This document shows, piece by piece, positions 52,091 through 63,089 of a stretch of DNA of 64,000 nt (position 1 is the first letter of the stretch; the number at the start of each line of letters is the position of its first letter). The translations under genes and the position numbers were made by a program. The notes under the pieces were generated by a model that had not been told where the DNA came from, ran no database searches, and saw nothing but the letters and a program-made list of their open reading frames with translations. Location of the stretch: NCBI GenBank assembly GCA_963754925.1, contig CAVWHX010000009.1, positions 69,671 to 133,670 on the forward strand, given 5' to 3'. This DNA comes from an uncultured delta proteobacterium. Lineage in GTDB: Bacteria; Myxococcota; B64-G9.

Positions 52091-54596
52091 ATGCCCGTTG
52101 TAGTCGATCTCAACAAACGCACGATAACCGGCGCCATTCGCGATTTGACCGAATCGATCCGCGAGGGCGCACGCGGCCTTGGATTGCTCGGCCGCGTTCG
52201 GTCGGAGTTGGGCACGCGCATTCACCAGAATTACCGCCGGACGCGCGCTCAACACGAAGGATTCTCGAGTGAAGTGGCCGTGGCGCTGCACACCGAGTTC
52301 GACGGGTTTCAGGTCGCCCTGCGGGGCCGCATTGACGGTTGTATCCGCGGCCCCGACGAGGTCGTGCTTGAAGAAGTAAAGTCGGTGTCGTTGGGCATGC
52401 CCGATTTGGTCCGCATGAACGCCGAAAGCTTTCCGGAATACAGTCTGCAGCTACGACTCTATGCGCTGGCCTACGCTCCCGAACATCCGCAGCAAACGAT
52501 CCGAACGCGCCTGATCCTCTTCTCGCTCATCGATAACGGAAGCCGCGAGATCCTGGTCCCCGTTAATCCAGCCGATACCCGCGCGCAATTGGTGGACCTG
52601 CTTCGGCAACGGATTAGCGAAGCGGAGAAACAGCGTGAGCGAGCTGCGCGGTTTGCCGACCTCGCCGCAAAACTGAGGTTTCCCTATCCCGCCCTGCGCC
52701 CCCATCAGGCGGAATTGATGAACGTCATGGAGGCGGGCCTCAGCGCGAGCCGCCCGGTGCTGGCCATGGCGCCGACCGGGATCGGTAAGACGGTGAGCGC
52801 GTTGTTGACGGGGTTGCGGTATGTTCTCCAAAAGAATACGCAGCTCGTGTACGTAACCGCCAAGACCACCCAACAGCCCCTGGTGGAGCGCACGTTTGAA
52901 GACATCTGCGTAAACGCCGAAATACCGTCCGGAGCGTTGCGCTGCCTCACCCTGCGTAACAAGGAAAGCATGTGCCCCTCCGGTTCGTTGCTGTGCCACG
53001 CGGAGGTGTGCGAGTTTCTCGAAGATTTTCCGGCGCGCGTCGAGCGATCGCGGGCGATTGAGAAACTGTTGCAGCTTGGCGCGCGGATCGATCCGGATGC
53101 CGTCCGGGCGCTCGGCGAAGCGCATCGGTTGTGCCCCTTTGCCCTGTCGCTGATGCTTATCCCCGAGGTGCAACTCGTTATCTGCGATTACAATTATATG
53201 TATGATCCGAGCGTAGCGCTCGCTCAATTCTCCGATGCAACGACCCTTAAGCCGGCGGTGATCATCGACGAGGCCCATAACCTGTTCGACCGCGCCCGCG
53301 GCTACTACTCGCCGTTTCTGGCAAGCCGCGCACTCGATGAGCTTGATCAACGACTCGTAAGCGGCGAGTTTTTGGGGTGTTCTGACCGTACGGATCAGCT
53401 TTCGTTCCGCCCGCTACTTGGCAGCATCAACGGCCCGGTTTTGTTCGAACGGCTGCGCGGGTTTGTAGCCCAGCTCAAAGATAGCGTCGCAAAAACCCTG
53501 ACCGCGGCCGCGACCCTCGAAGGCGGCCTCGACCACTGCCGGCCGGTCGAGCCCGAGCGCGATCGCTGGCACGACCACGCCGAGCGCGCCGCCGAGTTGC
53601 TCCTTGCCTACGCCCTCTACAACCGGACCCATGCGCTCGCGTACGCTCAGGATCCGATACTGGATCTCCTTTCCCTGGTGATTCACCTGCGCGACGTGGT
53701 ATCCGCTGCGGGCAAAGAAATTGTTCCCTACGCGGCGTTTGCCGAAGCGCCGCAAAGCGAGGGTTTCCGGCTGCCTGTGCATCAACCCGGCCAAGCGGCT
53801 GCTCGAGCGACACCGACAGATGGCCGGCACCATCGCCATCAGCGCCACCCTGACACCGTTATCGTATTACGAGGATGTGCTGGGCTTCGCCGCGCTGAAT
53901 CCGGTCATGGCGTCATTCGCCTCGCCGTTTCCCCGCGAGAACCTCGGCGTCTGGGTGGTGCCGTCGGTCTCTACCGCCTTTCGCGCACGCGGCCGTCACC
54001 GCGAAGCTATCGCGCGAATCATCGAACAAACGTACGAAGCCAAACACGGGCGGTACGTCGCCTTTTTTCCGAGTTATCAGTTCTTAACCGAAGTGCATCC
54101 GATCTTGAAGATTCCGGCGGAACACGTGCTGGTGCAGCAACAAGGCCTTACCGGACCGGAGCGAAAGCGGTTGCTTACCGCCTTCCGCGAGAGCTCGGGC
54201 CCCGTATTGCTGCTGGCGGTGATGGGCGGGGTGTACGCCGAAGGGATCGATCTGCCGGGCGCAGAACTCATTGGGGCGGTCGTCATCGGCCCGGGTTTTC
54301 CTCAGGTGGGTTTCGAGCGGGCGGTCATGCGGGATTACTTCGAACGCGAGTACGAGCGCGGTTTTGCGTATGCGATGGTGTACCCGGGAATGCAACGGGT
54401 AATCCAATCGGCCGGCCGGGTGATCCGCACTCCGGATGACGCCGGGGTGATCGTCTTGGCCGACCGCCGCTTTGCCGATGCGGAGCTTGCCGCCTGCCTT
54501 CCGGCGCACTGGTATCGCTACGATCCCAGCGAGTTGGTCACGGATGATTTACCAAAGGCTTTGGCCGCCTTTTGGGAATCCGTTATTTCCCCATGA
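52091..54596 (+). CDS. DinG/Rad3(XPD)-family ATP-dependent DNA helicase with Fe-S domain; frameshifted near 53700-53790
   Basis: Walker A APTGIGKT. Cys-rich insert (CPSGSLLCHAEVCEF, …CPF). DEAH box IIDEAHNL. Second ORF (53721..54596) carries IAISATL and the C-terminal GGVYAEGIDLPG…QSAGRVIR. The first ORF ends in Arg-rich nonsense. Confidence 0.8.
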
Positions 54597-56725
54597 GCAC
54601 GACGCTGCTGCGAGGACTGGTATGATAGAATTCAGCCGGATCAATCAACACCTCTTTGCCAAAATCACAAAAGTCCTCTCCCGGCGCGAGGCTGGTGTCA
54701 ACCACGCGATGCCACCTTAATCCTTTCGGCAATGGCGGAAGCTTCACATGACTATGCTGGTAGTCGGCGTTGAGAATAAAAAACAGTCGATAATCGCCGA
54801 TTTCTGACGGTTCGTCCCGGCCGTCGAGAAAACAACACAGTGTCCTGGCATTGGGATCGTCCCAGCGGGGCTTCTTCCCATCCGGACCAAACCAAGCAAG
54901 ATGCGGAGCGTCGCTTGCGTCCTCTCCCGGGACCCAACTAAATTTGCGCCGATAGAGGATGGTGCAGTGCTTATTAAACTCAATCGCCTTGCGAAAGAAC
55001 GTATAGATATCGCGATTGCGATCGACCAAGCTCCAATCAAACCAGGAAATCTCATTGTCCTGGCAATAGGCGTTGTTGTTGCCCTTCTGGGTGCGCAAGA
55101 ACTCATCCCCGCCCAGGATCATCGGCGTGCCGAGCGAGAACAACAGGTGGCAGATATAATTTTTTACTAATTTGCGGCGCAACGAGTTGATCTCGGGATC
55201 GTCGGTTTTTCCCTCGGCTCCGCAGTTCCAGGAATTATTGTCATCGCTTCCGTCGCGGTTGTTCTCTTGGTTGGCCTCGTTGTGTTTCTCGTTGTATGAA
55301 ACCAGGTCGTAGAGGGTAAAGCCGTCATGGCAGGTGATGAAGTTGATGCTGTTGAAGGCCGAGCGCCCGTCATCGCCGTACAGATCGGCCGAGCCGGTAA
55401 TCCGCCAGGCGAGCTCGCGCAATTGACCGCTGTCGCCCTTGCCGAACCGACGGCAAACATCCCGAAAGCGCCCATTCCACTCGGACCAGTCGATCGGAAA
55501 GTTGCCGACCTGGTAGGTGGCCAGGTCCCAGGGCTCGGCGATGAGCTTGATGCGGTTGAGGGCCGGGTCCTGTGAAACGGCGTCAAAAAACGACGCCGAA
55601 CGATGGAATGACTCTTCGCGCCGCCCGAGCACCGAGGCCAGATCAAAACGGAAATCCGTCGACATGCATGACGTCGACCCAGTAGCGCAGCGAGTCCATC
55701 ACCAGTCGAATGGCCTGCGGATCGTCGCTGTTCAGACTATTGCCGCAGCCGGTATAGTTCATGCATAACGGCGTCCGGCTCTTCCGTTGTCTCCGATGAG
55801 GACGTAGTAGGTCGGGTTGTCGATCCCCCTGAAAGCAGACCGTCGGCCCCAGCTCGTTGCCCTCGCCGGTATGGTTGTACACCACGTCGAGAATCACCTC
55901 AATGCCGGCCTTATGAAGCTCGCGCACCAAGGTCTTGAACTCGCGCACCTGGCATCCCGGCGCTCGTTGACTGCTATAGGACCATTCGGGGGAGAAGAAT
56001 CCGATGCTGTTGTATCCCCAGTAATTGGTCAGCCCGCGCTCGATGATAAAATCCTCGACATAAAATTCGTGCAGCGGCAGAAGCTCCACCGCGTTAATCC
56101 CCAGCTCCTTGAGGTGAGGAATCTTCTCGATGAATCCGAGGTACGTGCCCGGGTAGCGAACCTTCGACGAGGGATGGGCGGTAAACCCCTTGACGTGAAC
56201 CTCGTAAATAACAACTTTCTCAAGCGGGAGGTCGGGCGGCGTATCGCCCTGCCAGTCAAAGGCGTCGTCGATCACCAGGCATTTGGGAACGATCGCGGTG
56301 TTGTCGCGCGGCATCCATGGTCAGGTCGGGTTGCGGCGCCCACGCATCGTAGCCCAGCAGCAGATTGTTCGGTGTTGTCGAAATTTTCCGGTCAGCGCCT
56401 TGGCGTAGGGGTCGACGAGCAGCTTGTTCTCGTTGAAGCGCAAGCCCGCGAGCGGATGGTAATCGCCCCGGACTTTATATGCATACAGCTGTCCGGCCGT
56501 GCACCCATGAACGAAAACGTGCCAAATGCGCCTGCTGTAATTTTCTAACTTGATAATGTCGGTGGGCGGTCGATCGGCCCGGTCAAAAAGCAGCAAAAAA
56601 ACTTCGCGCGCACGTTGAGAGTGCAGCGCAAAATTAACCCCGTCGGGCGTCAGCGTGGCGCCTTGCGGGTGAAAGCTCCCCGGCGACAGTTTTCGTTTGG
56701 TTTTGTGCTCGAGACGGTACTTCAT
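54583..56725 (-). CDS. glgX: glycogen debranching enzyme GlgX; in three ORF pieces (frameshifts near 55650 and 56315, probably another compensated pair inside the middle piece)
   Basis: Collinear with E. coli GlgX: N-terminal CBM48-like segment (GVNFALHSQRAREVFLLLFD), GH13 catalytic regions (ELLPLHEF, GIEVILDVVYNHTGEGN, VDGFPF/RFD, LIAEPWD, FITCHDGFTL, GTPMILGGDEF). Confidence 0.8.
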
Positions 56726-56756
56726 GACTCAACTATCCCATCGGCCCCTGAACAGA

Positions 56757-58257
56757 TTACCGTTTTTCCTCGCGTTGGCGAGCCAGTACACTATGATACC
56801 GCCCATAAGAAAAGTAAATCCCAAAACCAAGCAACAGCCAAACCGCCAAACGCAGCCAGTTCTCAGGTGGTAAGGAAAACATCAGCACCAGGCAAAAAAT
56901 AATCCCGAGAATCGGCACCAGCGGCACAAAGGGAGCCCGAAACGGTCGTTTGGCGTCAGGATTGGTCTTGCGCATGATCAATACCGCCGCGCAGACTATT
57001 ACAAACGCGAGCAAGGTGCCGATATTTACGAGTTCCGCCAGGAACCGGATGGGCAAGAACGCCGCCATGGTTCCAACGAATATTCCGGTGACGATGGATG
57101 ATTTCCAGGGGGTGCGAAAACGCGGGTGCACCGCGCCGAAGAAGCTTTTCGGTAACAATCCGTCGCGTGCTATCGCGAGCAACACCCGCGGCTGGCTGAG
57201 CATCAATACCAGCATCACCGACGTGATCCCGGCCACCGCGCCGAGCGAGACTAAAAACTGCGCCCAGGTCAATCCTACCTGGCGGAACGCATCCGGAAAC
57301 CGGCGCATTGATGTTGATCTTATTATAAGGAACCATCCCGGTGAGAACCGCCGCCACGGCGATGTACAGCACCGTGCAAATCAAAAGCGATGCGATCAAT
57401 CCAATCGGCACGTCGCGCTGGGGCTGGCGGGCTTCCTCGGCGTGGGTCGAGATCGAATCAAAACCGATGTAGGCGAAGAAAATCATGCCGGCCCCGGCCA
57501 GCATGCCGAGCGGCTCGCCTCCAGCGCCCTCCTGGCCGACAATGGTTTTACCGAAGAAGCTTACCCCGCTCATGCCATAGGGAGCGAACGGGTGCCAGTT
57601 GTCCGGGTTAATATAAAAGGCCCCTACCCCGATCACCATCAGGATTATCACGAGCTTGGTAATCACCATGGCCGTGTTGAAGGTGGCGCTCTCTTTAATG
57701 CCCTTGACCAAGATGATGGTTATGATGATGACAATGACCAGGGCCGGCAGATCAAACAGCGCATCGGTGGTCTTAAAAACTCCGGCCGCGACATCATAGT
57801 CAAACGGCGCTTGCGCAAGGGCTGCCGGCACTTGGTAGCCAAAGATGCCGATAAAGTCCTGGAAGTATTTCGACCAACCGTTGGCAACCGTGGCCGAGCT
57901 GACTGAATACTCCAGCACCAGATCCCAGCCGATGATCCAGGCGAACAACTCCCCCAGGGTAGCGTACGCGTACGTGTACACCGAGCCGGCCACCGGCACC
58001 ATCGAAGCAAACTCGGCATAGCACACGGCGGCGAAAATGCATGCCACCCCCGCAACGGTAAACGACAACATCAAGGCCGGCCCGGTTTTATCGTGAGCGG
58101 TCAACCCAACTAGAACGAAGATCCCGGTGCCGATGATGGCGCCTACGCCCAGGCTGGTGAGCGTCACCGGACCGAGGACCCGACGCAGGCGGTTTTCGCC
58201 CTTCATTTCCTCCAACAACAGCGAAAGCGGCTTGGTCTTGAAGAGATTGCTTGCCAT
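56757..58257 (-). CDS. APC-superfamily amino acid permease (cationic amino acid transporter-like); frameshifted near 57300
   Basis: 12-TM architecture across the two ORFs. The first ORF degenerates into Arg-rich nonsense after …MVPYNKININAPVS, and the second supplies the last TM helices. Confidence 0.8.
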
Positions 58258-58446
58258 GTATGAGCCTCGTCCCTGATATCCGATGCTCGGATTCGTTCAT
58301 CAACATCGCTTGTCTCCCAAACCGGGCAACTCGTCCGAGACGGTATCCGAACGAGGCTATGATGTCAAAGTGTGTTTCCAATATTTTATTAATTTGCAAA
58401 ATCATTGAATCAGCGTTTCGTTGATTGTAAATGTTACGACCTATAT

Positions 58447-58684
58447 GGATAACAACCCAAAAGAACGACTTCGTTTTTTAGATGCGTTACGGGGGTTAGC
58501 TGCGCTATGGATTGCCACCTTTATATCAGTATATATATAGTCAGCAAATCGCGGTATCGATAAAATTTCTGGCCATATCCTGCCTAACAATAGCGTCAGT
58601 TATCTGCATTTCTTTCATTGTCTATCAGCTCATTGAGAAACCGGGTATTGCACTCGGTAAAAAAGTCTTGAACTCGATACGTTA
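58447..58684 (+). pseudogene. acyltransferase-3 (OafA/OpgC-type) gene remnant: N-terminus and C-terminus present, interior deleted
   Basis: MDNNPKERLRFLDALRGLAALWIATFISVYI* (typical family N-terminus), then after about 20 bp …ISFIVYQLIEKPGIALGKKVLNSIR* (typical C-terminus). Confidence 0.4.
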
Positions 58685-59017
58685 ATTGCTAAAGACTATT
58701 GTAGACAACAACGATAACCGACTGTTTCATGATTTCCTACTAACAGGAAACTTCAAATACCCCATCGCTCAACGCAGGGTGTCGGTCAACCCGGGCCTCT
58801 ACCACGAGGTCGGCCTCTCTGATCTCGATGTCCGCTTTTTGCCTTTGTCATGTTCAGCTTTTATCTGTTGCAGACGCCTTTATTGCGTAACCATAATATT
58901 AAGGCTATTGGAATACTCTTAATTGGTATTGCTCTTGTTCTTTATATAGAATTCATGAATGTAAGACTCTATATTTTTAATCATTACTACATGAGAGGTT
59001 TTATTTTGTTGGTCCTT

Positions 59018-60127
59018 TTACAATAATCCGAGCCAGCGCTTAAATCTAACTTTTCTACCTTGTGCGAAGTAAGGCAATGGAGCTTCTGCCGGTTTCAATG
59101 CCGGGGGCGGAAGGGGTTGCGGAATTTCAATATATATACGTTCCGGTGAAATTGTCCCTTTGATTCCGTCTTTTACACCGCGGTAAAAAGTGCTTTGCGA
59201 CTTCATTGTCGGATATATGTTACGGAAGTATTCGTTAATAATTCCGCGGTTTGATCTGAAGACCTCTTTCACCATGCCTTTCGTTAGTTTATATAAATTG
59301 ATGAGTATCCGGATAAGCATTCCGAGGTACACATTGAAATATAGTTTTGCGATCTGATGTTTTTTGCCGTATTTTTTTGCAAAAAGGAATGGATTTCTGC
59401 CTAGGAAATATCCGTAGGAAAATATCTTTTTCTTGTTTTTCAAATTCACACTTGAGCTTCCCTTATGAAGAATGGCCGCCTCATCTACATACACGGTGCG
59501 ATAGCCCTTTGATTTTGCGCGGTAGCACCAGTCGACGTCCTCATCAGCCATCCAATAATCTTCATCAAATAGCCCTATCTCTTTAAGAACCGAGGCTCGA
59601 ATCATACAGCCATTGAAGATGATCCAGTCTACATCTTTAGGTGGCTGCTTTTGTTGTTGGTCCGGTTCGAATCTGCCTGCCGTCGTAACCAGCATCGGAC
59701 TCCACTTGACCTCTCCGTATTTTCCCCAGGTATAATATGGATTGTCCATCAAAAGGTTTTTTGCGCCGACTATAGCTATCGAGGGGTCATCTTGCATGAC
59801 TCGCAAAAGGGTGGAAATCGTATCGGGAAAAACCTTTGTATCTCCGTTGAGCAGCAAAATATAGTCAAAGTTTTTCTGGAGACAATAACGGAATCCAATA
59901 TTATTGGCTCTACAGAAGCCAAGATCAACACCTTCCTCTATTAGGGTAACCCACTTGAAATCACGCCTGACAACTTCTGATGTATTGTCTTCTCCATTGT
60001 TTACAACAACAACTTCCAAATTTTCATATTTGACTTCTTTAAGGCTCTTGAGGCAGTCTACCAGTTCTTCCGCCTGGTTCCACGCGGGAATCTGAACGGC
60101 AATTTTTGGAGACTGTTCCTTAGGCAC
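59018..60127 (-). CDS. family-2 glycosyltransferase
   Basis: GT2 fold: IPAWNQAEELVDCLKSL…VVVNNGEDNT…NGDTKVF…MADEDVDWCYRA (DxD). Confidence 0.8.
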   Translation of the reverse strand: MPKEQSPKIAVQIPAWNQAEELVDCLKSLKEVKYENLEVVVVNNGEDNTSEVVRRDFKWVTLIEEGVDLGFCRANNIGFRYCLQKNFDYILLLNGDTKVFPDTISTLLRVMQDDPSIAIVGAKNLLMDNPYYTWGKYGEVKWSPMLVTTAGRFEPDQQQKQPPKDVDWIIFNGCMIRASVLKEIGLFDEDYWMADEDVDWCYRAKSKGYRTVYVDEAAILHKGSSSVNLKNKKKIFSYGYFLGRNPFLFAKKYGKKHQIAKLYFNVYLGMLIRILINLYKLTKGMVKEVFRSNRGIINEYFRNIYPTMKSQSTFYRGVKDGIKGTISPERIYIEIPQPLPPPALKPAEAPLPYFAQGRKVRFKRWLGLL

Positions 60128-60373
60128 GTGGTGCTCCTTGTCTTCATTATGAATCTTCGACGAATCCGTAACTGATGATAAACGGGTTTAAATAATGTTT
60201 CGGCAATATATTGCATTTCTATTGACGATTGTAAATTTAAATAACGAGCTCTTGGCTCTTGATAATAACGTAAGCCTAATTCTTGTTTTTTCAGTTGCAG
60301 TTGCGTTACTGTTGGCGACCGATGGGGTGTCTCGACTAAGTAAGAGCCCGTAATGCTCTGTAATGCCCCCCAT

Positions 60374-61000
60374 TTAGCAAGCCTTTTGTAAGAGAATGTT
60401 GTGGCCAGTTTGTTCCTGTTCGAATCGTACCGGTGATTGGTATCCAAGACTCGAGTGCAAATAGCTGTTGTTGTATTCATAAAACCAGGAATTCAAGGCT
60501 TCAAAGAAAATGCTTGGATTCTTCCACTTACGAAGCCATACAAGTTCTTCCTTCAGCGTCCGCATGAATCGTTCGGTATCAGCATTGCCTTTGGGGTTGT
60601 TATAACTCGCAAATGATTGTCTGATTTTCAAAACAGCGCACGCTTCCATAAATCCCACCGAGGTGGGTTGGCAGCCATTGTCAGACATCAGATGCGGTTC
60701 ATGTCCCCGAACTCCATCAGGGAATTGCCGATTGACGGCCTAGTTCAATGCCGCCAGCCAATGCCAGGCCTTCGACTGAACTCCCGCATAATGCCCCGTA
60801 ACTTTCTTGGAATACCAGTCGATGACTATCACCACATAGACCCAACCAAACCCGTCGATCATCCCCTTGGTCATATCAATGCCCCACTATCGGTTGCACC
60901 GAACAGGACGCGGTTTGCTGGTATTTGCTCGCCGCGTTGCTTTCAGCTTCAGGTTGGGCATCACCAGAAGCTCGCGAAGCTGCACGTTGCGTAATCCGGT
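60374..61000 (-). pseudogene. IS3-family transposase OrfB remnant (C-terminal about 60% of the integrase core), with in-frame stop and frameshift
   Basis: …GIDMTKGMIDGFGWVYVVIVIDWYSKKVTGHY…* …MSDNGCQPTSVGF…ERFMRTLKEE…FYEYNNSYLHSSLGYQSP. No OrfA and no recognisable IRs. Confidence 0.55.
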
Positions 61001-61334
61001 CAAATCGATCAGGTATTCCGATCGAATCCGAACAAGTTTTACAGCTATTCCGATCACCGATTAGCCTCGGTTATTCTCCGCGTCATTGGAGCGAAGCGAC
61101 GCTCGTTTAAACTATCCTGTTTTCCATTTGTGAGTCAGCTGGTTTCAACTTAGATAGTGACCGCCGGAGCATACCCGTCACCTTGTTTTTTCTCTCTATA
61201 AGGAAGCCCTCGCATGTTCGGCCCCTTCATTTTGATTCGGTGATCACGATGCACTACCCGATCCAGGATTGAGTCAGCCAGGGTCTGACGTCCCTTATCT
61301 ATTCGTTCGCTATTACAACGGCTGCTTCCAATGC

Positions 61335-61390
61335 CTTGGTGATCGACGTCAACTAGTCTTTCCAGAAAGAATAGTTGACGTCGATCACCA
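61335..61390. other. near-perfect 56-nt palindrome (18-bp perfect arms extended to about 25 bp, 3-nt centre) 55 bp upstream of an SDR gene
   Basis: ggtgatcgacgtcaactagtctttc cag aaagaatagttgacgtcgatcacc. No downstream T-tract. Confidence 0.4.
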
Positions 61391-61445
61391 CTGTGGTTAT
61401 CTTGAGGACGATATACCATCGGCAGGTAACAAGGAGATAGGTTGA

Positions 61446-62186
61446 ATGAATTGCATGGTAACCGGTGTATCCCGCGGTATCGGGCGCGCAACGATTGCCG
61501 AATTGGTACGGCAGGGACACTCCGTGTGGGGGCTTTCGCGTACTGCAGTTTCCAACATTCTCGAAGAAGAGAAAAGACGATTCCGTCATTCTTTGTGCGA
61601 TGTTGGTGATCAAGAGCACCGCAAACGTGTATCCGAGGAAATGGACGCCGCGGGATTTTGCCCAGATGTTATCATCTTAAACGCAGCAATCGAATATGAA
61701 GAAGAGGAGACCGCCTTTTCCTGGGAGAAGATGCAACAGGTACTACGTATTAATGTCGAAGGGGCTTTGTTCTGGATTTCCCATTGGATGGAACGTTATC
61801 CGCAGCGTTTCATACAATTCGTCGGACTTTCCTCATTATTCGCCATTTGGCCTGACGCGGATTGTCCTGCCTACAGTGCAAGCAAAGCGGCGCTCTCCAT
61901 GGCGTTTCGTGGGCTTCGCCTGCGCTATACTAAAAGACCTGTTACTTTTAAACTTTTATATCTAGGTCCCGTTCAAACCTCTATCAATCCACGTTTCGCT
62001 TCAAAAGGCTCAGCCGGTTGGCAAGTGGCGAAGCCTGAAGCAGTTGCTCGCTATATCGTAAATATTGTTCTTTCTAAACAGCGGCTCACCTTCTACTATC
62101 CTGCAATGATGGGGCTGTTGAGCTTGTTTGGTAAGTGGATCCCTGACTCATTTTTTGAATGCGTTACTCGCCCGTTACGCAGATAG
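61446..62186 (+). CDS. short-chain dehydrogenase/reductase
   Basis: TGVSRGIGRA, NAAI, YSASKAA motifs. Confidence 0.8.
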   Translation: MNCMVTGVSRGIGRATIAELVRQGHSVWGLSRTAVSNILEEEKRRFRHSLCDVGDQEHRKRVSEEMDAAGFCPDVIILNAAIEYEEEETAFSWEKMQQVLRINVEGALFWISHWMERYPQRFIQFVGLSSLFAIWPDADCPAYSASKAALSMAFRGLRLRYTKRPVTFKLLYLGPVQTSINPRFASKGSAGWQVAKPEAVARYIVNIVLSKQRLTFYYPAMMGLLSLFGKWIPDSFFECVTRPLRR

Positions 62187-62195
62187 GGAACCACC

Positions 62196-62921
62196 ATGGA
62201 TAAAGGAACGCAACTTCCTGAATTGTCCATCGTAATTTTATGTTATCATGCCGCGGCTATTGTGCGCGATCTAGTTTCGCAGGTGGAACGGGAGATGGAA
62301 GAAGCCGCGATTGATTATGAATTGGTCCTCGTCGGCAATTATTTGCCCAGCGATACGAAGGATCAAACACCAACAGTACTGAGGACGCTTGCGGCGGGTA
62401 AACCTCGCATTGTTTTGGTAATCAAAGAAAAAGAAGGCATGATGGGCTGGGATATGCGATCCGGCCTGGACGCCGCTACGGGACGCTACATCGCCGTAAT
62501 CGACGGCGACGGGCAGATGCCGATGAGTGATGTCATAAAAGTCTATCGCGTTCTGCAGGTAGGCAAATACGATTTAGTAAAAACATTCCGCGCACAGCGG
62601 TGGGACGGCTGGTATAGACGGACGGCTTCTGGGGTATACAATTTTCTCTTTCGATTGCTGTATCCAGCGGCGCATGTTTTCCGCGATATCAATTCTAAGC
62701 CCAAGGTGATGACGCGCGAGGCCCATCAGCGCATGCAGTTGGTATCAAACGATTGGTTCACCGACGCAGAAATAATGATTGAAGCGCTGCGAATCGGTCT
62801 TTCGGTTGGCGAGGTGTCTACGGTATTTTACAAAAACGAGCGACGAGGAACCTTTGTGCGTTTTTCTACGGTTTTCGAGTTCCTGGGTAATTTGTTTTAT
62901 TATCGCTTCATAAAAAAATAA
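62196..62921 (+). CDS. family-2 glycosyltransferase, polyprenyl-phosphate mannose/glucose synthase (DPM1/ArnC-like)
   Basis: LSIVILCYHAA…DGDGQ (DxD)…short 241-aa GT2 with C-terminal amphipathic tail. Confidence 0.85.
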   Translation: MDKGTQLPELSIVILCYHAAAIVRDLVSQVEREMEEAAIDYELVLVGNYLPSDTKDQTPTVLRTLAAGKPRIVLVIKEKEGMMGWDMRSGLDAATGRYIAVIDGDGQMPMSDVIKVYRVLQVGKYDLVKTFRAQRWDGWYRRTASGVYNFLFRLLYPAAHVFRDINSKPKVMTREAHQRMQLVSNDWFTDAEIMIEALRIGLSVGEVSTVFYKNERRGTFVRFSTVFEFLGNLFYYRFIKK

Positions 62922-63089
62922 CCGTACCATAGCTTAAGATATTCCTGGAGCAATAGATGTCATTTTATTTGAGATCACAAAAACTTATTCTTAATCTTTT
63001 TGCTCCTGATTAATATTAATAAAACGCTGCAAACCTTGACTATTATCGTTATATTAATCGCTAATTTCCGACTTCTTTTCGCATTCTTC

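Noticed and set aside
52451-53848. Minus-strand ORFs (299 and 144 aa) inside the DinG-like helicase
   Set aside because: Arg/Ala-rich shadow frames. Helicase motifs on the plus strand are unambiguous.
61150-61491. 113-aa minus-strand ORF overlapping the palindrome and the SDR start
   Set aside because: No recognisable family. Overlaps a supported SDR start and a structured non-coding palindrome.
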